64,000 nucleotides of DNA from a virus (taxonomy: Duplodnaviria; Caudoviricetes), in IMG/VR virus record IMGVR_UViG_3300021060_000040, positions 54,227 to 118,226 of that record. One strand, given 5' to 3'. A model generated the notes under the pieces. That model worked only from the letters and a program-made list of their open reading frames with translations. It was not told the DNA's origin and made no database searches. The position numbers and the translations under genes were made by a program. Shown here in pieces: positions 29,942-38,857 of this stretch; position 1 is the first letter of the stretch; every line of letters begins with the position of its first letter.

Positions 29942-31618
29942 TCAGGCGTGATTGTCCCATTCAGATGCGAAAGTAGCGGATTTACCCCTTTTAACGTTCT
30001 TCTGGTATCCCTTTTGTATCGTTTTCGTCAAATCTTTCACCCACTCAGCGCTCTTTACCTTGCGTCGGTAGTCAAAGTCTTCTTCGAATTCTTTGCTCTC
30101 TTCATTCAAGTCGATGATTATGTCGCCGATAAATAGAGTAACCGTTCTCGCGAACATATCTGAAGTGCCTTCGTCTCGAACATAATCCTCCGGGTGAAGT
30201 ATTATCTCATTGAACATTTCATCTTCGGACAGCATTTCTCTTAGAATGTACATTAGCATATACCGCGTAAGCATATACTGAGCAAGTAAATCCTCTTTAA
30301 TATTCACTAGCTGGGAACATATAACATTGTATATTATTCTAAGCATTACAATGCGGTCGGCGGTTACATAAGGTTTACCAAAAACATCTCCGTGCTTGTC
30401 TTCAAAAACTTCGTATTTCCTATGCGTTCCCCACGGCTCACGAAGATCGAAAGCCATCATATAAAGTCCAGCTTCTTCATTTGAAATTGCTTCGCCAGAT
30501 GTGGAGGTTTCGCCACGCTTGATTTCGAAGGAGTATCTTCCCTTATATATTTGCTCGAATTCTTTCCTGAGCCGGATCTGTATGGCATCGTTCGATTTAA
30601 AATCACGCGCACGCACACTGTTTTGGTTATTCGAGAATTCTGTGATCTGCTTAGCTTCTGCAGAAGTCGGATCCATTTGGATGAATTTTGTTAGAAGTTT
30701 TAAATCGTCGGTGATTGACGCCTTGTTGCCGTACAAAGAAGTAATGCTCTGGCAGCCGTTCACTACGTAGTAGCCGTCAATCTCTATCTTGTCTGGCTGC
30801 ACCCACAAATGCTTTGCGATGATCGTGATCCCGTTGTGGAATAGCGGAAAATGCTTATGGGTGCTTTTGTCGCGAATACTGCTAGTAAGATCTTTGTTGA
30901 CGCTAGTGCGCTCTAGCGGCCCTCTAACATTATAAGTAAAAAGTGATTGATCTTCAATTCCGTCGAGGGCGATAAGCTCTTTAGCTTTAATTGGAGCAAT
31001 GACGGCTTTTGTGTTAATATCTACGATATGCTCGGCACAACTTACACCAAAAACGTCAAAGGAGGCGACTCTCTGTATAGGGAGATCGCGCTCGTCGGAG
31101 ATGTGTTTGCTGGTAAGCTGTTTCTTGCCGATAAACGTTATCTGATTTTCGTAATGTCTTAAAAATTCTGCACCATTATGATCTAAGTCAATGTTTACAA
31201 CATACTCACCTCTGACATCGTAAGAAGCTAATTTTTCGATCAAACCAGAGTGCCTTATCAAATTTGAAACCTGAGCCCCACCAGCGCTCTGAAGTAGGTG
31301 CTCCACTGATGCGGCGGTACTGAATTGTTCTAGTGTTCCCAAAAAGTTGCGGAGCTGAGCATCCCCAACCGTCGTGTTTGTTTTATGTGATAACTTTGAC
31401 TGAAATATCGTTATGGTGCGATTGTTGTCATTTATAAATATTCCATCAACTCCTTTGTCGCCGCCTTGGTCACACACAGCATCTACTGCGTCTGTACTCT
31501 CAAGACGATAATACTGCTCAAGATACCAAATGAGAAAAGCTGCGCTCTCTGATCGCTTTGTCGATATGTATTCTGGAAAGTTGTTCAAAATATTTGGGTA
31601 ATCGACATCTACGGCCAT
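29942..31618 (-). CDS. AIPR-family protein with N-terminal PD-(D/E)xK-like domain (AT-rich cargo)
   Basis: D.GGDKGVDGI...IFQSK; NVRGPL, F..FHNGITI, VVNGCQS, I..FSN.QN.V...DF.SN. Confidence 0.88.
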   Translation of the reverse strand: MAVDVDYPNILNNFPEYISTKRSESAAFLIWYLEQYYRLESTDAVDAVCDQGGDKGVDGIFINDNNRTITIFQSKLSHKTNTTVGDAQLRNFLGTLEQFSTAASVEHLLQSAGGAQVSNLIRHSGLIEKLASYDVRGEYVVNIDLDHNGAEFLRHYENQITFIGKKQLTSKHISDERDLPIQRVASFDVFGVSCAEHIVDINTKAVIAPIKAKELIALDGIEDQSLFTYNVRGPLERTSVNKDLTSSIRDKSTHKHFPLFHNGITIIAKHLWVQPDKIEIDGYYVVNGCQSITSLYGNKASITDDLKLLTKFIQMDPTSAEAKQITEFSNNQNSVRARDFKSNDAIQIRLRKEFEQIYKGRYSFEIKRGETSTSGEAISNEEAGLYMMAFDLREPWGTHRKYEVFEDKHGDVFGKPYVTADRIVMLRIIYNVICSQLVNIKEDLLAQYMLTRYMLMYILREMLSEDEMFNEIILHPEDYVRDEGTSDMFARTVTLFIGDIIIDLNEESKEFEEDFDYRRKVKSAEWVKDLTKTIQKGYQKNVKRGKSATFASEWDNHA

Positions 31619-31847
31619 TGTCGGTTTACGCCAGTTCGTGGACAATGTCCCATTCTGTCATAGGGATAGTGAAGGCAGCAAGATGACATTGCAAAATAAT
31701 CAGCAGCCTTCGCGAAGGGGCGATTGATCCTGGCGCCAAAAATTTATGGCAGGTGCATAATCGCCAATATCATGGCCATCGACGCCATCGACGACCTTTC
31801 GCCTGCCTCGGCGCACGGGGAGGGCTCGGTGCGCCTTCTGGAGCTTC

Positions 31848-32519
31848 CTACGCGGCTGCGGCCAAGATCTCGTCGTTGTCGTTGGCTGCCTGGCCGGCGT
31901 AGCGCTGGTAGGCCTCTATGACGTCGTCGATCGCGGCGTAGAACTCCTCGAGCGTGCCGTCGTTGTCGATGATGGCCATCGGGTTCAGCCGGTCAGTGCG
32001 CTCGGAATCGTGGACGCCCCACATTATCCCCGTGAGGCGGTACAGCCATTTGCCGAGGGATAAGCCGAACGGGAGCTTCCACTTGAACGCGGCCGGACCT
32101 GTGCCCTTGCGCCGGATCAGGATGGTGATGCCGTCGTCCGCGTGGATCGCCCTCTCCTCGTTGGGGAATCGCACGGAGTCGTTCATGGCCCGCTCGCCCG
32201 GGCCAATGCCCCGATGCCAGGTGTCGACCCAGATGTCCGGGTGGATCATCTTGCGCCCGTATTCCGTGCCGGTCTTGATCTGCAGATAGCGCGAGGTGCG
32301 GCCGCCGAGCTCCGGGATCGGCACACCGTCCTTCAGATCGCCGACCAGGTACCTGTCGATCATATCCTCGGGGATCTTGTTGGCCCGCATCAGGACCGCG
32401 AGCATGGCCCGAAGCGGCTCGGCGATATGCCTGCGCTCGAAGCCGTACTTGGACGCGATGTACCGGGCGGCGGTGGTTTTCCCGGACTGGGCGAAGCCCG
32501 ACAAACCGATGGTCCTCAC
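31848..32519 (-). CDS. Deoxynucleotide monophosphate kinase
   Basis: IGLSG.AQSGKTT, AEPL, R..LQ..GTEYGR, VRFPNE, H.SE, NDGT. Confidence 0.88.
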   Translation of the reverse strand: MRTIGLSGFAQSGKTTAARYIASKYGFERRHIAEPLRAMLAVLMRANKIPEDMIDRYLVGDLKDGVPIPELGGRTSRYLQIKTGTEYGRKMIHPDIWVDTWHRGIGPGERAMNDSVRFPNEERAIHADDGITILIRRKGTGPAAFKWKLPFGLSLGKWLYRLTGIMWGVHDSERTDRLNPMAIIDNDGTLEEFYAAIDDVIEAYQRYAGQAANDNDEILAAAA

Positions 32520-32866
32520 GTTCGTGTCCTCTGCTTCTCGCGGTACAGTCTGCGCTGCTCGCGCCGGCGTTCGACGCCGGCTTCCGTCTTCTCGGCCTGG
32601 ATGGCCGCCTTGGAGTCGGGCAGGTACAGGCCCTCTTCCGGCAGGTATTTGCTCACCGTCACCCGCTGGCCGAACGCGGTGCGCCAACACTCGGTGATTC
32701 CCAGCGGGATCATGGCCTCGGGTAGGTCGGCATCCACCAAGACGGAGACGACCTCTTCCGGAGGAACCGAGGCAAGCACAGGCTCGACCAGGGCGGCGGC
32801 TCGCAGGGCTGTGAGCTGTGCCGGATGGCAGCGCAGCTCGGGTATCGGCTGTGCGAAACCGAACAT
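32516..32866 (-). CDS. Hypothetical protein
   Basis: Coupled on both sides. Confidence 0.55.
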   Translation of the reverse strand: MFGFAQPIPELRCHPAQLTALRAAALVEPVLASVPPEEVVSVLVDADLPEAMIPLGITECWRTAFGQRVTVSKYLPEEGLYLPDSKAAIQAEKTEAGVERRREQRRLYREKQRTRT

Positions 32867-33114
32867 CAGTCCAGGCCCATCGGTGTTTTCGATCCGGCGG
32901 AGGTTCGGCAGCTCGCGGATTCCAGCCGTGCGACCAGGCCGTGGCTATAAGTGCTGGTGGTGCCGTCCAGCTGGATGACCAGCAGGCAGGGGTCACCCTG
33001 AACCCGGCCGACAGTGGCCTTTACGGTGTCGCCTTTGTCGAAATCCTGGCACGCACCGAGGGCGGCCAGGAGCGCAGCGGCGCCCGCGGAAACCCATAGA
33101 CGACGCGGGCTCAT
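32866..33114 (-). CDS. Small lipoprotein
   Basis: Signal peptide with LGAC lipobox. Confidence 0.6.
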   Translation of the reverse strand: MSPRRLWVSAGAAALLAALGACQDFDKGDTVKATVGRVQGDPCLLVIQLDGTTSTYSHGLVARLESASCRTSAGSKTPMGLD

Positions 33115-34526
33115 CAGGCGGCCATCGCGTAGGCCATCTCGGCCGGGACGATCGACGACAGGCCCGCAGGGGCACCAGGGTCCTGCAGCTTGATCTCACA
33201 GCGCTCGCGCACGCCCCAGCGCTCGTGGACCAAGAAGAGCCACTGCTGGGCGGGCTCAAGGCCGGCTCGCAGGCCGTGCCCGTATTCGGAGTAGCCCGGG
33301 AAGGCCCCATTCGAGAACACGTTCCCCGGGTTGGCCGAATGGTGATAGTGCCCGTGGCAGATGATGTCGGGTCGACGTCCCGCGCGGGACTGCTGGGCCT
33401 CCACCTTCTTGGTGCCGCGCACGATCGGCAGGAGCGGACCAGCAAAACCCTGGCCGCCGCCTGTACCCATCTTGTCGCCGTGGGTCAGCAGCAGGGTGCG
33501 GCCGAGCACGGGCACATGCGCGTCGGGTGCGGTGCCGATCTGGAAGGTCACCCGGTCGTCATCGCGGAACCGGTCGGCGATCATCTGAGCGATGAGCGTA
33601 TCGTAGGACAGGCGGCTGTAGAGCTTCGCCGTCGGCTTGAAAGTCGTGCGTGCGTGATTGCCGGGGACGCTCGCGACGTGGACGCGCGGGTAGACCTTCA
33701 GCAGCTGGACGATGCCGGCGACGATCAGCGCCACCGCCTCGCGGACCTGCTCGTGGGCGGTCAGCCCGTTGGTGATCCGCAGCTCCTCGTGGATGTCGCC
33801 GGAGATCAGGTCTCCGCCGAGGAGCAGCAGCAGGCCCTTCACTTCGGTGTCGGAGGCCCATCGCGGACCGATGGCGCAGCTCGCATTGAAGAAGCGGCGC
33901 ACCCGCTGGCCGGCGATCTCGACGTTGTAGGCGTTAAGGCCCAGGATCTCGTCCGGGTCGATGACCTCGCCCATATGGAGATCGGTGAACAGCATCGTCA
34001 GCACAGAGCCGCTGCGGCCGGTCTCGGTAGCCTCGGCAAGCCAGCGCACCGGTGCGACGTTCATCTGGCGGATGCCGCCGACTTCCTCGAGCATGTGCTC
34101 GACGGTGGCGAGTTCTTTCCTGAGGCCGACGGCCTGGGCCTTCCAGAAGCCGTGGTCGTGGATCTCGCGGCGCTCGGTCCTGGGGTCGACGTCGTTGTCG
34201 TTGTCGTGTGGGGGAGGGGAGGGCGCGGCAAGGGGCGGCGCCTGGTCGCTCGGACCCGAGGCTTCGTCGGGGAGCTCTTCGCTCTGGGCCGTGGAGGCCT
34301 CGGAGCGGTACAATGTCCAATCGGGGACGTAGTGGGGCAGGCCGAGCTTACGGGCTCTGATTTCGCCGGTCACCCAATGGTGAAGGTTCTTTCGGCCGCG
34401 GATGAGTGCCTGGTGTAAGGCTCGGCCCTTGGGGCTATCCACGCCGGGTGGCGCATAGCCCTCGAGCAGGAGGGACTCGACCAGAGCCTTGCGGCGCTGG
34501 CGCTCCTCCGTGGGGGTGTTGGGCAT
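33114..34526 (-). CDS. Calcineurin-like metallophosphoesterase
   Basis: TDLH.GE, GGD..SG, PGNH, THGD, GHYH; start uncertain. Confidence 0.85.
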   Translation of the reverse strand: MPNTPTEERQRRKALVESLLLEGYAPPGVDSPKGRALHQALIRGRKNLHHWVTGEIRARKLGLPHYVPDWTLYRSEASTAQSEELPDEASGPSDQAPPLAAPSPPPHDNDNDVDPRTERREIHDHGFWKAQAVGLRKELATVEHMLEEVGGIRQMNVAPVRWLAEATETGRSGSVLTMLFTDLHMGEVIDPDEILGLNAYNVEIAGQRVRRFFNASCAIGPRWASDTEVKGLLLLLGGDLISGDIHEELRITNGLTAHEQVREAVALIVAGIVQLLKVYPRVHVASVPGNHARTTFKPTAKLYSRLSYDTLIAQMIADRFRDDDRVTFQIGTAPDAHVPVLGRTLLLTHGDKMGTGGGQGFAGPLLPIVRGTKKVEAQQSRAGRRPDIICHGHYHHSANPGNVFSNGAFPGYSEYGHGLRAGLEPAQQWLFLVHERWGVRERCEIKLQDPGAPAGLSSIVPAEMAYAMAA

Positions 34527-34557
34527 AACGGATCCCAGTTGAAGATACTCGGGGTCC

Positions 34558-34592
34558 ATTAGCATTCTGTTTGCAATCGCGCAATCGTGCAA
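34558..34592 (-). promoter_or_regulatory. TTGC-repeat motif copy
   Basis: Minus strand TTGCACGA TTGCGCGA TTGCAAAC-N5-GCTAAT. Confidence 0.7.
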
Positions 34593-34634
34593 ACGAGTGG
34601 GGTGTCGGTGAGGGGCCACCGGCACCCCGGTGTC

Positions 34635-34937
34635 TCAGAAGCCGAACTTCTTGCTGGTCAGGCCGAGCACATTGGCGACCACGGTGGCCGCTGTACCCAG
34701 CAGCGCCCAGACAACACGGGCCTGGTTTGACTCGAGCTGGGCGATCCGAGCGCTCAGATCCCCCTTCGTGCTCGCAAGCTTTTCGTTGACCGTCTCAACC
34801 TCCTTTTTCGTCGCCATGCCCTCGATGGACAGCTTGAGATTGGTGTGTCGATGTTCGGCAGCGTCCTGCATTGCCGAGAGCCGCTCCTCGATGCGGGCCG
34901 TCTGGATCTTGATGATGGTGGCGTCGTCGTCGGTCAT
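34635..34937 (-). CDS. Coiled-coil protein with C-terminal TM (holin/XhlA-like candidate)
   Basis: Lies in the lysis cassette; single C-terminal TM and basic tail. Confidence 0.55.
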   Translation of the reverse strand: MTDDDATIIKIQTARIEERLSAMQDAAEHRHTNLKLSIEGMATKKEVETVNEKLASTKGDLSARIAQLESNQARVVWALLGTAATVVANVLGLTSKKFGF

Positions 34938-35269
34938 CGCTTCTTCTTCGGGGTGTCGCCGCAGGCGGCGGTCGCCCCCCGGTCGATGGCTTCGGGTGAG
35001 AGCCGGCCGGCGTAGGACGCGCGGACGCGGCCGTACCACTCGGAGGTGCTTTCGATGATGCAGTTCGCGCGGGCCTTGGCCGCCCGCTCGCGAGCAGCCA
35101 CGATGAGGGCCGATTCCCCGGCCCTGGGGTCAGGTGTATCGACCCGCCTGACGTAAGAGGGCAGACCCGGCAGCTCGCGATTAAGTGCGCTACCGGATGT
35201 GGAGCAACCGGCGAGCAGCGTCAGGATTGAGGCTGCAATCGCCGTTCGGAGGGTGCTTCTGGAGGTCAT
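34934..35269 (-). CDS. o-spanin-like lipoprotein
   Basis: LLAGC lipobox, Pro-rich; overlaps the upstream TM/coiled-coil gene. Confidence 0.7.
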   Translation of the reverse strand: MTSRSTLRTAIAASILTLLAGCSTSGSALNRELPGLPSYVRRVDTPDPRAGESALIVAARERAAKARANCIIESTSEWYGRVRASYAGRLSPEAIDRGATAACGDTPKKKR

Positions 35270-35546
35270 TGACCCGCTCCTGGTTCTTGGTGAGCTTGGC
35301 CTCGATCTCGGAAGCCTGCCGGGCCGCCAGGGCCGCGGCGCCGGTGTTGGTATCCAGATCACGCCGGACGATCGCGATCTGGTCCCGAGCCGCCCTTAGG
35401 TCGGCCCGGTGTTCGGCGGTCTGAAACCCGAACCCGAAGCCGACGGCAGCTGCGATGATCGCGACCCCGACGGTCGAGGTGAGGAAGCGCAGAATGGCGG
35501 TAGCCGGCCCGGCGCCCGGGATGAGGAGGGACAGGAGCCACCTCAT
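35190..35546 (-). CDS. i-spanin-like protein
   Basis: N-terminal TM, coiled coil, C-terminal Cys; follows the endolysin. Confidence 0.7.
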   Translation of the reverse strand: MRWLLSLLIPGAGPATAILRFLTSTVGVAIIAAAVGFGFGFQTAEHRADLRAARDQIAIVRRDLDTNTGAAALAARQASEIEAKLTKNQERVNDLQKHPPNGDCSLNPDAARRLLHIR

Positions 35547-36709
35547 GCCGAAGCGCCCGACAGGTGGTCGTCGATGCGGGCACGCTCGATGTTCCGGCCG
35601 ACGAGGAATACCCCGACGCCGGCCGCGGCGACCGCCATCAGCCAGTGTTGAGCCACGAAATCGGTCAGCGCCGTGAACGGCGAGAGCGCGTTCTTGGCCC
35701 GCTCGAGGTAAGCCTTCGCCGCCTCGATCTGGGTAAGCGGGTCGGCCGAGGCGGAGATGCCGGCGGTTCCCATCACCGCCAGCGCACCCTTCTTCAGGGT
35801 GGCGGCTTGGGCCATGATGCGCGAACCCACCGGGGTGACGCTCGAGCGCACGATCTCGCGCGGCGAAGCGTAGGGAAGGTGCGCCTGGGTCTCGGCATCG
35901 AACCGCCCGTTCACCTCGAGGCCGTTCTCAGCCTGAAACGAGGAGATCGCGCCGATCGTCATGGATCCGATGTAGCCGTCAGCTTCGCCCAGCTGGCTGT
36001 AGCCCAGCTTGATCAGCTGCTGCTGGAGGGCTTTGATCTGGTCCTTCGAGAGCTCGGCCGGCGCGCTGTCGGAGGCCGGAGCGGCATCAAGCGCCGTGCT
36101 GGCCAAATCAGGGGCGCCGACGAAGCAGCGCTTGGCCTTGGTGAGGTAGTTCCGGGCCTCGGCGAGCCCATTGGTGCCGCCATTGACGCGCTTGCGCAGC
36201 GCCGGCAGGTCGTCGGCATCCGCAAGCTGGTTGCAGTTGTTGTCGGTCCAGAACTTGAGGGCCGAGGTCAACGCACCCGAGGGCGTGCGCAGGACCTCCG
36301 GGTTGTCCGCGTAGCCGGCGGCCTCAAAATTCGACTTGCCGGTGGTCTCGAGCAGCCCGGAGCCTCTGTAGACATAGGCATCGCCGGGCTTCGTGTTGCC
36401 CATCCTGCCGCCATAGACCTTCTCGGCGAGCTTCTTCGGGTTGCGCTCGTAGGGCCGGGCGTCCGCGACGCTGGGGAAGCGGTTCGGCCACACGGCATGC
36501 AGCCGCTCGGCTGAGTAGGTCAGGTTCTCCTCAAGGAGCCGCAGCCCGCCCGACTCCACGGCGATTTCGGCCATGAAGTGCTGGAACCGGAGCGGGGTAT
36601 CGATCTTGGCAGCCGCGATCTCGTCCGCTCCGGTGACCAGGGCGTCGACGATGTCGGCCCGGGCCATCGGGGCGAACGCCCGCAGCTGCTCGCGCGTGAA
36701 CGCGAACAT
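35543..36709 (-). CDS. Endolysin: GH19-like domain, peptidoglycan-binding domain and C-terminal hydrophobic segments
   Basis: HF.A....ESG....EENL.YS, YRG.G....TGK.N, VNGGTNGL..; LQ..L..LGY....ADG..G..T..AI..FQ...GL...G. Confidence 0.88.
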   Translation of the reverse strand: MFAFTREQLRAFAPMARADIVDALVTGADEIAAAKIDTPLRFQHFMAEIAVESGGLRLLEENLTYSAERLHAVWPNRFPSVADARPYERNPKKLAEKVYGGRMGNTKPGDAYVYRGSGLLETTGKSNFEAAGYADNPEVLRTPSGALTSALKFWTDNNCNQLADADDLPALRKRVNGGTNGLAEARNYLTKAKRCFVGAPDLASTALDAAPASDSAPAELSKDQIKALQQQLIKLGYSQLGEADGYIGSMTIGAISSFQAENGLEVNGRFDAETQAHLPYASPREIVRSSVTPVGSRIMAQAATLKKGALAVMGTAGISASADPLTQIEAAKAYLERAKNALSPFTALTDFVAQHWLMAVAAAGVGVFLVGRNIERARIDDHLSGASA

Positions 36710-36732
36710 GGTCATCTCCAAAAATGAGCGGA

Positions 36733-36750
36733 TTGCGCGAAATCGCGCAA
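36733..36750. promoter_or_regulatory. Palindromic TTGCGCGA motif
   Basis: TTGCGCGA-AA-TCGCGCAA. Confidence 0.6.
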
Positions 36751-36751
36751 A

Positions 36752-37900
36752 TCAAGTGCGGTACTGAATCGTCCCGCCAGTGGTCACCGGGTCGAGCTGG
36801 TTTGGATCCAGATTGTGCAGACTCAAAGGATCGTCTGGATCGACCAGCGTGAACGGCTTATTTGTGTTGGGTTGACGCGCCAGGATCGAGGTATGGATGC
36901 CGTCGTTCTTGACGTAATCATGGGTTACGGTGTCAGCGACGTAGGGGCCGTTGACGGGGTCGAAAAGCTTGCGAACCAGGATCGGCATCTGGTCGCGGAT
37001 CCACGGATCACCCTTCGCGAGCTTGAAATGAGCTTCGCAACGTTGCCGGCGCAGCATGTCCATCACGGAATTGGCCTGTCTCTCGGCCTCCTCCTTGGAG
37101 TTCATCTGCTTTTCGTAGAGGTACGTCTTGGTCGGATCGCCCTTGGAAAGATCGATTGGACCGCCATGCTTCTCAGTATTGTCGTTCGTCACCCAGCGCT
37201 GTTTTTGCGTGGTCTTCTCGAGGTAAGGAACGACGACCCGGGCGTAGGCGGTACGCTCGGAGAAGCGCACCGAATAGCCGTCTTGCGCCGCAAGCATATG
37301 CGGCTCGAGGACCAGGACGGGCTGACTCCCCCCAGTGAACTTGTCGCCATCGCCGCGCTGCTTGAAGATCAAGAAGCCGTTCTCGAACTTGGCGATCGCA
37401 CCGAAACGCCGCTCGAGCTCGTGCAGCATGTGCAGCGGGCTCATGGTCTGATTGAAGAACGGCACCTTGAGGTCGCGAAGTTCACTGGTCACTCGGGGGA
37501 TTACACCTCCCTTGCCGGCAATCTCGTCGATGATCTCGCCGAGCGTGCGATTGTCGTGAGCTTGAATCGCCGGGGCCTTCAGGGCGCCCATGAACCCTAT
37601 CGATGTCCCGGTGATGGTCAGGCTATGCGGGCCGCCTTTGTAATCGTAAGTGTTGATTTGATATACACCCGCGTCCGCAAGCCCAACTTCCTGATATCCA
37701 AGATACAACCGAAGCAAAGCTCCGGTATCCGGCGTCGCGAGCTTGAAATCCCGGTTGTCCAGCGTGATCGACATTGTGTCGCTCTTGCCGCCAGCGGAAG
37801 TCAGCTGGACCTGGATTGACGTCGTCCGATCGTTGAACCGATCGGTAATATCGGCGTCGTCCTTCATGATCTTATAGATCGGGGTATAGCCGATCGGCAT
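36752..37900 (-). CDS. P2 GpD-like late control/baseplate hub protein
   Basis: DIT.R...SD...I.LD...L.LGY; position after GpX. Confidence 0.85.
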   Translation of the reverse strand: MPIGYTPIYKIMKDDADITDRFNDRTTSIQVQLTSAGGKSDTMSITLDNRDFKLATPDTGALLRLYLGYQEVGLADAGVYQINTYDYKGGPHSLTITGTSIGFMGALKAPAIQAHDNRTLGEIIDEIAGKGGVIPRVTSELRDLKVPFFNQTMSPLHMLHELERRFGAIAKFENGFLIFKQRGDGDKFTGGSQPVLVLEPHMLAAQDGYSVRFSERTAYARVVVPYLEKTTQKQRWVTNDNTEKHGGPIDLSKGDPTKTYLYEKQMNSKEEAERQANSVMDMLRRQRCEAHFKLAKGDPWIRDQMPILVRKLFDPVNGPYVADTVTHDYVKNDGIHTSILARQPNTNKPFTLVDPDDPLSLHNLDPNQLDPVTTGGTIQYRT

Positions 37901-37916
37901 TACGGGCCTCGGAAAT

Positions 37917-37945
37917 AAAAAAAGCCGCCCTGGGTGGGGCGGCTT
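37917..37945 (-). terminator. Intrinsic terminator-like hairpin
   Basis: AAGCCGCCC/GGGCGGCTT followed by a T-tract on the minus strand. Confidence 0.65.
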
Positions 37946-37963
37946 GGCATCTGGATGAGCCTC

Positions 37964-38188
37964 TCAATCCCAGAGGCGGACCTGCCGGATGACGGGCGTC
38001 GAGGGCGTTGTGCTGGCCGGACGCTCGGGCAAGTGGATCCTGAGACCTCTCGGCAGCACGAGATCACGCGCCTCAAGACCGGGATTATGTTCGATCACGT
38101 ATTCGACGATGCCGTTCTCAGTGTCGCCGTATCGTTCGTTGACGATATGATCGAGCACTTCGTACATCTTGGTGATGTAATGCGCCAT
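37964..38188 (-). CDS. P2 GpX-like tail protein
   Basis: Y.T....LD.I....YG...NPGL...LP.G..I.LP...V.LWD. Confidence 0.9.
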   Translation of the reverse strand: MAHYITKMYEVLDHIVNERYGDTENGIVEYVIEHNPGLEARDLVLPRGLRIHLPERPASTTPSTPVIRQVRLWD

Positions 38189-38766
38189 CAGGACTCAGTC
38201 TGCTTCTTGTAGCCTTCGCGGGCGCCGAAGAAGAATTCGTTGGCGGCACCATCGCCCGGGTCTTCGCCGAGCATCACGAGTTCGATGTGGAATTCGACGA
38301 CGTCGGGCAGGCCGGCCGCGCCGATCTTCAATTCGCCCTGTTTGACATTCCTGACGCCCCAGGGGCCTGGGATCACACCGGAATTGTATTGGTAGGCACC
38401 GGTCGGCGTGCCATCCTGGCTGTATTCGGCCTCGACCCAAAAACGCGTTAGGATAAAGCGCTGCCCTTTCGTGGCTTGGCGCAGACGATCGAGAGTTTTC
38501 AGGCCGCCGAACAGATGGGGATAAAGCCGCCCCTCAATTATGATCGTCTCTTCGCTGTTGCCGGTCCATTGAAAGGCCGGGTCGCGACCAAGCCGACCCT
38601 GGGAAACCCAGCTTCCATTGGTGCTGCGCGTGAGCGTGTTGAAACCCGGGGAGGCGATACCGGGGCGGGGCGAGTAGAAGTTGATCGTGAGATCGAGCCC
38701 GGAGACTTGGGAGCCTGCGGGCAGGTCTATGCGATGCAGCCCCAGGAGGGTCTGCGCCTGTTCCAT
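38188..38766 (-). CDS. P2 GpU-like tail protein
   Basis: W....R.GR.PA.Q.TG...E.I...G...P; synteny. Confidence 0.8.
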   Translation of the reverse strand: MEQAQTLLGLHRIDLPAGSQVSGLDLTINFYSPRPGIASPGFNTLTRSTNGSWVSQGRLGRDPAFQWTGNSEETIIIEGRLYPHLFGGLKTLDRLRQATKGQRFILTRFWVEAEYSQDGTPTGAYQYNSGVIPGPWGVRNVKQGELKIGAAGLPDVVEFHIELVMLGEDPGDGAANEFFFGAREGYKKQTES

Positions 38767-38857
38767 TTGCTATGTCCTTGCAATCGCGCAAGCATCCGCG
38801 CACGGCTAGGCGGCCCGGCACCCCGAAGGGTCCAGGCGCGCCTCATGCTGTGCTCGT

